From NCBI GenBank assembly GCA_013265495.1, contig MU057887.1, positions 2,389,576-2,453,575 on the forward strand: DNA of 64,000 bases. The letters are read 5' to 3'. The DNA is from Vicugna vicugna (lineage: Eukaryota). The position numbers were made by a program, and so were the translations under genes. Position 1 is the first letter of the stretch. Each line of letters opens with the position of its first letter. The notes below the pieces were generated by a model. It was not told the DNA's origin. It saw nothing but the letters and a program-made list of their open reading frames with translations, and did not search any database. This document shows positions 36,235-47,284 of the stretch, in pieces.

Positions 36235-36730
36235 CTGACTTTATTTTCAGCAGTTTTTGGTTTGCAGAAAAACTAAGTGGAAAGGACAGAGTTCCCGTGA
36301 GCCCCCTTCGCGCACAGTCTCCCTATTATGACGCCTCGCGTGGGCACACGCGCGAGCGTGGTGCGGGGCCATGGTTGCTGAGCTGGTGCGGATACACTGT
36401 TAGTAACGTGGGGTTCACTCTTGGTCTCCCGTGGGCTGTGGGTTTGGAGTGGCTGTGATGGCATGAGCTCACCATTAACGTATGGCGCAGATGACCTTTG
36501 CTCCCCTGAAAACCCTCTGCCCTCTGCCTGGTCTTCCTTCCGTCTCTCCTCCCGGACCCCTGGCCACCTCTGGTCTCTCACCGTCTGTCTGGGTTTGCCC
36601 TTCCCAGAAGCTCACAGAGTCGGGACCCTGCCGTAAGCAGCCTTCTCAGGTTGGCGTCTTTCCCTTAGCAACACGCATCTCGGGTTCTGTCGCATCTCCC
36701 TGTGACTAGATGGCTCGTTTCTTTCTTTGC
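36235..36730 (-). mobile_element. L1MC-like 3' end
   Basis: gactttattttcagcagtttttggtttgcagaaaaactaagtggaaaggacagagttccc...gggttcactcttgg...gcagccttctcaggttggcgtcttt. Confidence 0.8.
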
Positions 36731-37553
36731 GTCTCTTACCTGCATGAAGAAGCCATGTGACCTGCCCCACAGCATCACTTTTTGACAACCATGCAGGTTC
36801 ATAAAGAAGGTTTCCTTTTCCCCATAACCCGAGGAGAGGGGCGCCTGTCATCTAGTTAAGAACATGAAAGGAGAAGGCATTTGTCACAGGCCACGCGGCC
36901 GCCAGCCCTGACTCCGGGACCCCAGGCTGGGTACCTGCAACACCAAGGCCAGCAGGGCTGGCGTGATGCAATCTTGCTGAAGATGCGGACCCTCAGGCTC
37001 TCCCCAGGCCAACTGCCTCCCCGTCTGCACCCGGACAAGACCCAGGTGCGGCTCTGACCACAGCTCTGCCCGTCCAGGGGACAGACGGCCCCTCCCTGGC
37101 ACACAGAGCCCAGAGCAGCTGTGGAATTCTGGCAAGACGACAAGGTGGGAGGTTACCTTGTTCTGGGAAGATCTGTTTCCATCTTGAGGAGTGTGAAGAA
37201 AGGAGCCTGGATCTCAAGCTCTGAGCCCCAAATGACAGACCCCCCCAACATTCAACCCCAGGCTCAGCTCAACCCGGCTTCGAAACAAGGACCTGAAAAG
37301 GGGACTCAGACCAGCCAGCGTGGGCTTGGGAACTCCAGAGCGGTGGGGAAGGCGCAGGGGTGAAGAGGCACGGCCACAGTGGGGAGGGCACAGGAGGGGT
37401 GCGCGGGGCGACCGGAGCTGCCGAGAGCCGTGCCCTACCTTGGGAGGAGGAGAGAGAAGATGTCTGTGGAGAGGCAGTCTTCAAGTCGAGTCTCCACAAA
37501 CGAGGAGGAGCTTTGATTCTATGTCAGTGGACTAACAACACGCCTCTGCTTCT

Positions 37554-37841
37554 TTTTTTAAAACGTTTTCCCTTTTTTTATTGAAGTCTAGTCAGTTTGT
37601 AACATCACGTCAGTGTCTGGGGCACAGCATCGTGTTTCAGTCATACGTGCATGTCCGTGTATTCCTTTTCATGGTAAGTCACTGCGAGATATTGAGTAGA
37701 GCTCCCTGTGCTGCACAGTGGGACCTTGCTGCTCATCTATTTTAAATACAGTAGTCAGTATCTGCTAATCTCGAACTCCCCGTTTATCCCCCCACCCCCT
37801 CCCCCTCTGGTAACCAGGGCTTTGCTTTCTGTGTCCGATGG
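37554..37841 (-). mobile_element. 5'-truncated camelid-type LINE-1 3' UTR with TSD
   Basis: ttattgaagtctagtcagttt...ccctgtgctgcacagt...ggtaacca; flanked by a 13-bp TSD cgcctctgcttct (37541-53) / cacctctgcttct (37842-54). Confidence 0.9.
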
Positions 37842-39300
37842 CACCTCTGCTTCTGATTAGCCTATCTGACCTGAATCGCTCTGGCCCCGGCTGACGTCAA
37901 CAGAACCGGCCTCTGCCCTTACGACGGGCGCTTGCTGAGAACGTCTGCCTCCCGGGACCCCACATCCGCAGGACGAGCAGCCGTTGGGTGGGAAATCCGA
38001 AGCCTAGAGGGCACGGGGGAGAACCCAGGTCACGCAGGGCAAACGGGAAGGTGCTGGAACTGCTAAAGGGATGTGTGAATTCTGGTGTCAGCTTGGGCTC
38101 CACCGTCAGCCCGCACCTTCCCTCAGGGACCTCATTTATGCCCACGTTTCCCAGGGCCGTGGGTGTCCAACAATGAGCTGGACTCGATGAGCATGCAATT
38201 CAAAAGGTGACATTTCGATAGATGAAACAGCTGTGAGGTGTGGCTCGCTGACGGTCACCCAGTCAGTCCTGCTTCAGAAATGCCACCGAGCGCCTGCTGT
38301 GCCCCAGCCAGTCTGCTGGGGTTGAGGGTCCCAGGCTCGACAAAGCATGTTTGTCACACGGACACTGAGAGTCTCTGATGTGCCTGGCTCCTCGGAGGTG
38401 ACTCAGCCAGGACCAGTCGGAATTCCACGTTTTGGAGACAGGCAGTCGCACTATTTATCTGTTTACTGGTCCTCATGTGTTAGGGCTGTGCCTCAGTTTC
38501 CTTGTCTGAGATGTGGGCATGAGAACCCGCCATCTGCCTTCTTCAGGGAGATGCCGCAAAGACCACATATCTTCTCCAACATGCAATCCGTTTGAGACCT
38601 ATGGAGTCCTGAACCAGGGCGACCTGCGGTGGCTTCGTGGGAGCTACTCTCCCGCCCGTGGCTCACAGCTGAGCGATGCTCCTAGGGTCCTCCCACCCTT
38701 GTGAGTGTTAGAGGAGTGGCTTGCAAAGCTGCAGGCACGAGGCCCCGGCTGTCAGTCAGTGCGTGGGCCCAGCCCACGATGCTGACGGCCATTCCTTAGA
38801 AGGCGGTTTGGCCTCACTTCCGGTTGTGGGGTTCGCTTTAGGGAAATGAATGATTCAAGGGCTGGTTGAGCTGCTGAGGCCATAAATTCTTGGACAAATT
38901 TCCACAGACCTGGAGGCGTATTTGTAAGTAGATGAGACTGGAAAGGATGCACAGATCAGGCTCCCTGGCGGGCAGCGCCTCTCTGAAGGCTGTCTAACCT
39001 CATCGCGTCCTGCCTTGATTTACAGCCGTCAGATGGGGCCCCGGACCCAGAGAGAAGGTCAGGGCACCTTCCCATCCTAGGGTTGCCCCTCCTTCGTACC
39101 CAGCATCCTGGCACCTCACCCCTCTACCTGTATCAGTTCTCAGCAGCTGCACCGCCGGTGCCCTGTGCATGGTTCACAGTGCACGTGCATGATGCTCAGC
39201 CGGTGGTGCTGGTCCCCTGCTGGTCTGGCCTGGGTCCACCCAACCGGAACACAGGGCTGGCGGGTCAGTGAGGGCCGGGCTCCCCTGGGACACCCGGCCG

Positions 39301-39323
39301 CTCTGCTCTGCTCTGCTCTGCTC
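39301..39323 (+). repeat. (CTCTG)n microsatellite
   Basis: ctctgctctgctctgctctgctc. Confidence 0.85.
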
Positions 39324-39929
39324 CGTCTGGCCTCTCCCTCCAGGAGCTAGCAGGTGGAAGAAGTGTTGAGAGAGACAGAGAAGGAACAATCAGGCCCAAG
39401 GCCTGGCCTCGGAGCTTGAACAGCCCACGTCTGCCACATTCTGTCAGTCCCGGCAAAATCACCAGGCCCGCACGAGCCACAGAGGAGGCGCCCCCAGCTT
39501 ACCCGCTGGGTGCGGCCACTCTTTATCCAGACACCTTTGAAATGAAAAGACCAGCTCCCTGACCAGCCACTGTGACAGACAGGGCGAGATGGTTGGGGTG
39601 GGGCAGGGGTGCATCACACAGACTCTCCGTCCACGAGCAGAGGAGGTGGTGGCAGTCACGGCCCGGGAGCGGGTCCACACCAGCCAGGCTCAGGGCTCAG
39701 GGCCCCAGCATCAGAGGCAAGGGGGTTTTTTTCCGAGGATCCAGTCCTGTTCCCCGGGGATCGGTACCCTGACCCCTCATCTTCCGTGGACCTCGGCTCA
39801 GCCCCCTGAGACGCCCTTGTTAGGAAGAAGCTGCAGCTGAGCATGTCTCTCATCCTTTCTGCCTTAAAAACACGGGGACCCAGAGGCCTCTTTCATTCCC
39901 AGCTGTCACTGTTTCTTAAAAGCCTTCAC

Positions 39930-40103
39930 TGGAGGGAGGTATAAATTAGAAGCTTGGGATTAACAGATACACACTACTGTATCTAAAATAGGTAAGCAGC
40001 AAAGTCCTGCTGTGCAGCACAGGGAAATGTAGTCAATATTTTGCAATAACCTATGATGGAAAAGAACCTGAAAAAGAATAGATAGATAGACAGATAGACA
40101 GAT
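39930..40103 (+). mobile_element. LINE-1 3' UTR fragment ending in a (GATA/GACA)n repeat
   Basis: ataaattagaagcttgggattaacagatacacactactgtatctaaaatagg...gcacagggaaat...gaaaaagaatagatagatagacagatagacagata. Confidence 0.85.
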
Positions 40104-42149
40104 AAAAGGCATCCAAGCACCTGGCTTTCCAGTGACGAACTTGAAGTCAGGACTCTAAAACACTCCCACCTCGCCACCCCTTTGCCCCCTGACCCCCTAC
40201 CCTCCCCAGTAACCCTGACGCCTCAGGGCCAAGGAGCAGACACACTGCCGGCAAACTTACCGCCCACCCGGCCGTCAGATCCAGCCTGTACTTGGCAGAG
40301 ATACATAAGCCATGACGGCAGCAGGGGCGGCGGGCGCTGCCGGCTCCGTGCAGAAGGCCACAAGCGTGGGTGATGACGGCCCCAGTGGAGCGACAGCACA
40401 GGGCTGTTTTCCCTTTATTGTGATTAACGCTGATAGTGGTGGCAGTACCCAGTCTTGTGTTTGTGTGACATGGCGCGTGTAAGGACTCCCAGCTCGTTGC
40501 AAACGGTTCACTCATCTGTGCAGCGCAAAGTGCAGTGGGTGGGAGAAAGCATGTGCGGCCGCGTCTGAGGGCCCAGCAGGAAGACCAGCCTGGAGGGGGC
40601 CCTCGACTTGGTTCCTATGTATCCAGGTGAGGCATTGGTCTCCTCAGAGCCTCGGTGTCGTCTTCTATAAAATGAAGGAATTGGGTGCTGCACTTAGAAC
40701 AGCCTCTCCTGGGTATGATATTCTCGTGCGAGAGATGAACTGGATAAACCAGAACCCACACCTGCCGCCCCAGTGATCTGAAGTCCCAGGCTGCGGGGTC
40801 TGACAGATGAAAGGATTGCATCAGTGCGTCAAGCCCCATTTCAGGACAGTTTCCTGGCCTGCAGAATGGGCCTTTAATGGGCTTTGAGGGTATTCTGAGA
40901 TCGAGTGAGATGAAATCCTCAGAGCACCCAGGTCAGTGCCAGACACACTCTGGACGTGAAACTGAAGACGGCCCTTAGTGACGCTGGGTTCACGCCCAGG
41001 CCCCCCGACCACCTGGCTAGTTGACTTTGCTCTTCTGTGAGAGAGGATGGATGCTGTCCAGTCACCCGGGTGCCCATGGCAGTGAGGCCCAGAGTGAAGG
41101 TCTGGGGTGCCCTTCAGAAGATGTGAGCTCTGGCAGCTGCAGGCTCGGTTCTGGGCTCACCCGGCTGTGAGGCCCCCGTCTGGTGGCTACCTCTCTCAGA
41201 CCTGTTTTTGCTCCTGTCAAACGCCGGTCCAGGGACGGGTAGGAGGGCTGGGGTCGAACTCAGAGGCTCCCTCCCCACCTCCTGGGTGTGGAGTGACAGT
41301 TTTCTCCAACTACAAAGACGTTTTCCATGACCATCGTCACTCTCTGCCCCCAGGTGCCCTCAGGAGCACGAGGGACCACGGCAGGGTACGGAAGCGATGC
41401 TCTAAGATAAGTACCTGAGATGTCCCCACTCTCTTCTGCTTCTGCAGGACAGCTGCAGCCATGTCTTCTCATTATTAAGAAAAAGGTAGAAAACATTCAA
41501 TGAAACCCATGAACTTGGGCCTGGGGTGTGGATTCAGAGCCCCTGAGCCTGGAGCGGTGGCTTCCTGGCGACCCCGAGGCCCAGGGGCTGCACCGTTCCC
41601 AGTCCCAGGGGTCCTCTGCTCCCCGATTCAGGGCTGGACCCCTGGCCGACACTCGGACCCCAACAGTAGGCAGCTTCTGGGAAACCTTTCTGCCGAAGCT
41701 GCGCTGAGGCCAGGCCGCGGGCTTCCGCAGGGTCCTGGCAGCATCATGACAACCTGGAGGTTTTTATGCTGGAATGTGCACGGGTGAGGTCCTCCGGTGC
41801 CCAAACGCTGCTTCCAGCACGTTCTGGATGAAGTTTAAATCTGATTTCACAGCCACCAGGGTTTTGCAATATGATGAGAATTATCATTAAGTGTGAGATG
41901 CGGTTCGGGAGATAATATTATTATTAAAAATATTAGTCTGTGTGTACACACTGCTTCTTTCTTCGTAATCCTTCCTGACAGGAAATGGAGGCAAGATAGA
42001 GTATTATTACTTTATTATCATGATTGCTCCCATCTTTCTCTTCAGGAAGCCGAGGCCCGGCGCTGCTCGCTCTGGGGCGGGCCGTCTTTCTCCCAGAGGC
42101 GGAGTCGGGTCGGGCTGCTCTCAGCGGTGAGCGCTTCCCACCGCAGAAA

Positions 42150-42520
42150 CAGCCACCCCCTCACCCCCAGCACCGGTGGACGTGCCCTCGGTTGTGGATG
42201 TACCAGGGGTCTCACGATCACCCTGGATCAGGAGGTCCTAACCCCAGTGACCACCGCTTGTGTGAGGCAGGAGAGCAGACGCGGGGGAGGCCACGCGGCG
42301 ATGCAGGCAGAGAGCAGGGTGACATCCCCGAGACGCCAGCATTGCCAAGAGCCGTGCGCGGTGGGGAGGGGGGGAGGTGCGAGGCGGGTTCTCCGCAGAA
42401 CCTCCCGAAGGAACTGGCCCTCTGGTCCTCGCTCTCAGACTTCGGGCTCTGGGACCAGGAGAGAGTAGAACTTCGTGGGGTTTAGCCCCTCTGCAGCTCC
42501 AGGCCCCTGCAGCTCCCCGC
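42150..42520 (+). mobile_element. MLT1 (MaLR) LTR, GC-rich and degenerate
   Basis: gatcaccctggatcagg...cctaaccccagtgacc...ggaggccacgcggcgatgcaggcagaga...ttctccgcagaacctcccgaaggaac...tcagacttcgggctct. Confidence 0.7.
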
Positions 42521-44221
42521 AGCACCCTCATCCCTCCCCGGCAGCCCACTGCCCGTTGGCTGGAGCACCCGGGGAGGGTCTGGCCGGCTCCCGGCGAGGG
42601 TACAAGGGCCGCTCCGTCTGCACTGGGACGATGGGCGCTCAGCTGCGGACAGGCCCTGGCTCCGCCCATGGACTTTTCCTGAGCAGCCCCTTGGCTGGCA
42701 GGGCCCCTCCCTCCCTTCGGCTGGGCAGGGCCGCCCCTTGGAGGGTGATGGCAGTGATGGGCGGCCCCGCCACCAGCCCCCTGGAGCCTGAGGGGCTCGT
42801 GGTCCAGCAGTAGATGACGTCACCAGGGCTCCCCTCACTTGTAAGCAAGGTCACCAAGGCAGGAGGAGAGGAAGACTCTCGTGGGGCAGGGCTCACCCCA
42901 GGAGAGCCCAGCTGATGCCCGAGACCTCAGCCAGCCTGCGCCGCGGGTGAGCCACTCCACGTCCCCTCGGCGCTCAGAGCTGCGTTCCCAGGATGTGCTG
43001 GGGGCCGAGTTCAGCGGGGAGTGAGCCACAAACCCCCAACCCCTCGCACCGGAGCGAGAGCCCGTTACAGCATCGTCACCAGTCATGAGAACGTTTCCCT
43101 TTGTTTAATCCCAGGTACCTTCCAGTGACAATGTGTCACCGTTCACCTGTGAGGAAGACACGCAGCCTCTGGTGCTTCCTGCTGCTGTGACTGGGCTGCA
43201 TTCAGAGAAAGATGGCAGAGGCGAAATAGAAGAGGGGACATTTTAGAAAACGTGATATTTAAAAGACAGTAAGTCCTCAGTCTGGAAATTTGACATTTGA
43301 AAGCCACCTTCGATTTTTCTTTTAAAAAAAAGCCTCTTCTAGCCTATGGAGAAAATGTATGAAACTCTTGAGAGTTTTGCCTGGAGAGACAACGTTTCCA
43401 TTTTCTCTCTCTGAGAAGTTGAGTTGCAAGAGCAAAAGATACCATCCTGTCCTGCAAGACGCCTGAGCAGCAGGAGGGGGCAAGGTGAGGGGTCCGGGCA
43501 GCTCCCCGGGCCCCGGGTTCCCTGCCCTCCATGGGCGCCCCCTTAGATGCTGGGTTCTCAGGGTTAAGAAGAGGGGAGACACCTAGAAATTATGCTGCAG
43601 GTTTCAGAGGTTTGGCCTAAGTAGGGAGCTTCATGTTCTGAGACCCAGGGGGCTGCGTGGGACCTGGCGGGCGGCGGGGCAGCCTGCTCATGGGGGAAGG
43701 AGACAGGTGTGCACGTGTGCCCGGGGCTGGAACTGTCTCCCCTCCTCTCTGTCTCTCTGCAGCTGTGGGTGAGCACATGGGGATAACTCATGAGACGTCT
43801 GGGAAGGCTGGAGGTGGGGGGGTGCCCTCAAGGCAGGGCTGAGCCCGTGGGCGTGGCCCCCAGTTGGGGAGGTGGGTGGGTGGCGGGACCAGACCAGCGG
43901 CAGCGTGGCTCCCTCTCATGCATGACCCCGCACCGTCTCTGCCGGGGCTGAGGGGCACAGAGCCCTCCCCCCGGCACCTGTGCCCCTGGGTGGGCAGGCT
44001 GGACAGGTGTCTGCTGCAGGAGTCTCCGCCTGGGGAGCGGGATGGCCTCCCGGCGGTGCGAGGCTGGGGCTGCACCGCCCGGATGAGCAGGTTGGTGTAG
44101 GGGGTCGGCTGAGGCCCCTGAGGTTGGCCCCAGAGAGTTACCCCAACACAGGCAGCCTGGGTCAGAACCACAGGGCCTGGACCAGGGGGCCACGTCCTGC
44201 ATGCAAAGCACGGTTCACGCC

Positions 44222-44700
44222 TGTCGACTGAAATGAATGCGCAGCCTAAAAGTTGAGAGTTATGCTTCATTTGGCAGGAGGACTCGAGCCGGGATGACAG
44301 ACCCTCAGGTGGCTCTGAGGGGCTGCTCCGAAGAGGTAGGGGAGGGGCCAGGATATACAGGAGCTTTACAACTAAGACCAGGGAGTTGGAACAATAAAAG
44401 GTTACTTGTTATCTGAAGAAAACCAGGCATCTCAAGTTAAAGAATTCAGTGCTTCTCTATGTGTGGGAGGAAGCAAGCATCTGGGCTCCTTGAACTCCTC
44501 CCTTTGACAAGCTCCTAGCTGTCTAGGGCCAGTGCCCTGTCCTTTCTTGTTCTGGGTCCCCTCAGAGGGCAGCACTGTGAGCGGCTGCAGAGGCTGGGCT
44601 GCAGGCTGGTCCTCCCTGGGGGCAGGGAGCAGCCGCTGATGGCTTGATGGCTTCAGCATTCTTTGTTTACTGATATGGTTCGCAGCATTTTTCGCTCACA
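44222..44700 (-). mobile_element. Solo ERV1 LTR (MER41-like, cetartiodactyl type)
   Basis: TG...CA termini; aaagttgagagttatg, ctgctccgaagaggtagggg, aaaaccaggcatctcaagttaa, cattctttgtttactgatatgg; 4-bp TSD cgcc/cacc. Confidence 0.88.
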
Positions 44701-46059
44701 CACCCCAGGGCCCAGCTTCTGGGCAGCTGTCGGAGAAAGGGCCCAGAACCGCAGCGCCTGTGCCGGACTCTGGATAAAACCCAAGTGCCTGGAAACCCGC
44801 CAGCCGAGCCTGCAGTGGGAAGGGGGGTGCCCCGCATGGGGACCTGCCAGAGGGTCACCTTCAAAGATCCAAGCAGACGCTGAGCAGAGCAGGCTGAGCC
44901 GCTGGCGTTGGACAGGCATTTGCCTGAAATGAAATGCTTTATGATGTGGGTAAACTGGGGACCCACAGCCGGCAACTTTCACAAGCGCACCAGGACCGGG
45001 GGAGCTCCTGGGGTCACCGCACAGATCCTGCGGGTCTTTGCTGCCGTTTGCCGTCCGCTCTGGCTTTTTCCTGCTTTCAGCATCTCTAGTGGTCCTGTCC
45101 AGGGCCAAGCCCAGGCGTGGTGCGGGTGAGGGCACCGTGCAGCCTCTCGCAGCGTGAGACCAACGTGCTCGCAGAGTCCGCACGTTTTGATGGTGGAAGA
45201 ACACTTGTCAAAGCTTCTGGTGATCTCCTGCGGACAGGGGACAGAGGGGAAGCGGGGACCGGGGCCCCCGGATGGCGGGGGGCAGCAGGGCCCGGGAGTG
45301 GGGGTGTGGCTTCCTGGCAGACGCACTGGCCTCACTTTAGGAGCGGAGCTGCCTGACCGTGGCTCTCCCTCAGCCTCTCTCTCGCTCACTGCCCGCCCCT
45401 TGCCGGCCTGTGAGGTGCTGTCAGGCCCGACAGCATGTCACCTGCACGCCAGCTGTGGTGCAGAGCAGCCCAGTCATTGCCACACTCGGGGCGCGGAGAG
45501 CGCACTGAGCACGCAGCCAAAGCGGCGGGTACACGGTGTCAGCTTGGACGAGAAGAGCCCTGGCCCGCGGCACTGCGCTGGGGGGCTGTTCACAGACGCT
45601 GGCCAGGTGCCGGCTTCGCGTGCCCAGAGGCGGCACCCAGGCTCGCCCTGGGGGGACCAGGGAGAACAGTGCGGGAAGCATTCCGGGCTGAGCGGGGCTG
45701 GGAGCACAGGGCAGAGCGGCAAATGGTGCCACCAATGCTCAGGAACACAGGGCGACTGCTGAAGAAATCGCTGGTTTCTGCTGGGCATCTGCACGGAGGT
45801 CTTGAACCAGAGCAGAAGGGGGACATCGTAACAGATCAGTCAGGCTGGAAAGGTCACAGTCCCTGAAGAGCGGGGCGATTAGAGCAGACTTAAGAGAAGG
45901 GCGACTCTGAGAAGCTGGGCGTGACCGTGAGGAGACAGCATGGCCCCGGGCGGAGCCAGGCCGAGCTCACGTGGTGAAGCTTTGTAGGCGCTATTCAGTA
46001 TTGCTCCAGAGGAAAGTGTTCAGAACAACAATATATTCTTGCCCTGGGTGGCTGTCCAT

Positions 46060-46510
46060 GGCTGTCAGTGTGGGGTCACTCAACTGACACACGTTCAGCT
46101 CCAAGGTGGATGGAGGGAGGGAGGGAGGGTCTCCAGATTCTGCTCCCAACTGGCTTCCCTCCGCCCCTCTTGAATCCAGGCCGCACCACTCACTCAGCCA
46201 CATCAGGCTTCTCTCTGGGGTCTCCCCAGCTCCAGTGGCTTCTAGAAGGATCTTTACAACCCTCAGCTCTGTCCCAACCACGCCCCTACTGTGGCAGCCC
46301 CCCCCCCACACACAGGAAGCCCTGGCCAGTGTGACGGCCCCGCCCTTGCAGCTCAGCCCCACACCTCCTCCCTTCCAGCCGGCACTCCTCTGTTCCAGCC
46401 GGCGCTGGGGCCGTCCCCGGGGCCACGCCAGGAGCTTTCCAGACTCCTGCTTCTGCTCGCCGGCGGCTGCCACTTTGAATGCTGTCCCTTCCCTCTTGTC
46501 CTGTTTCACT
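46060..46510 (+). mobile_element. LINE-2 fragment (degenerate)
   Basis: Pyrimidine-rich L2-like text (aggatctttacaaccctcagctctg...cagtgtgacggccccgccc...actcctctgttccagcc...gaatgctgtcccttccc). Confidence 0.5.
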
Positions 46511-46769
46511 ATGAGCCACATCAGCTTGGCCCCCGCAACGGGGGCTGAGGGAGCAGACGCTCGTTTCTCACAGCACTGGAGGCGGGAGGTCCGCGACCCC
46601 GAGCCCGGGGCCCCGGCGCGGGCGGGCCCAGTGAGGGTCCGCCTTCCGCTGCATTCGCACATAGAGGGGCTCTGCACCTCGCAGCCACACTGGCCCCAGT
46701 CACCAGCCGGGCCCACTCTGCTCATTCACTTTAAATGGATGTATTTCTCCTGGTCCCCCTCTGTCTTCC

Positions 46770-46920
46770 CAGAAGAGGGTCAGCTCCTCTGCTGGCGTCT
46801 GCTGTGACTTTGTGTCCCTTCCACATCCCTCTGCCCCTCGGTCTTTCTCCATCTCTCTGTCTCTGTCTCCCGTGTCCCTGCTCTGAGACCCACACCTGAT
46901 TCGCCCTCACGGCAGGGGAC
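46770..46920 (-). mobile_element. MLT1 fragment
   Basis: ccacatccctctgcccctcggtctttctccatctctctgtctctgtctcccgtgtccctgctctgagacccacacctgatt. Confidence 0.4.
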
Positions 46921-47237
46921 CTGAGGAGGGCAGGGTCTGGGGTCCCCAGACCTTCCATGGGGCCCAGGAGGCCACTTGAGAGCTTAATACCCAGAGGTCA
47001 AGCCTGCAGGACAGACAATCATGCAAGGGCGCCGTGGGGGTTAGGGCTTCGACGGGTGCGCTCGGGGACGCAGACACGCAGCCCACGACACCGCTTTTCA
47101 AGGCTCAGCATCAACACCAGCTTCTGCCTAAAACGTCCTGGGACTGAGAGCTCCCGCCCTAGCGACGTCTGGACTCACAGACGGTGTCAGCCAGCCTGGA
47201 CCTTGCTTCTGACACGGTTTTCTACCTGACCTTAGAA

Positions 47238-47284
47238 GTGTGTGTGTGTGTGTACACACGTGTGTGTGTGTGAGTGTGTGTACA
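47238..47284. repeat. Interrupted (TG)n microsatellite
   Basis: gtgtgtgtgtgtgtgtacacacgtgtgtgtgtgtgagtgtgtgtaca. Confidence 0.9.

Noticed and set aside
45991..46807. Overlapping 244-aa and 233-aa ORFs on opposite strands
   Set aside because: They lie over a degenerate L2-like GC-rich tract; stop-codon scarcity explains them.
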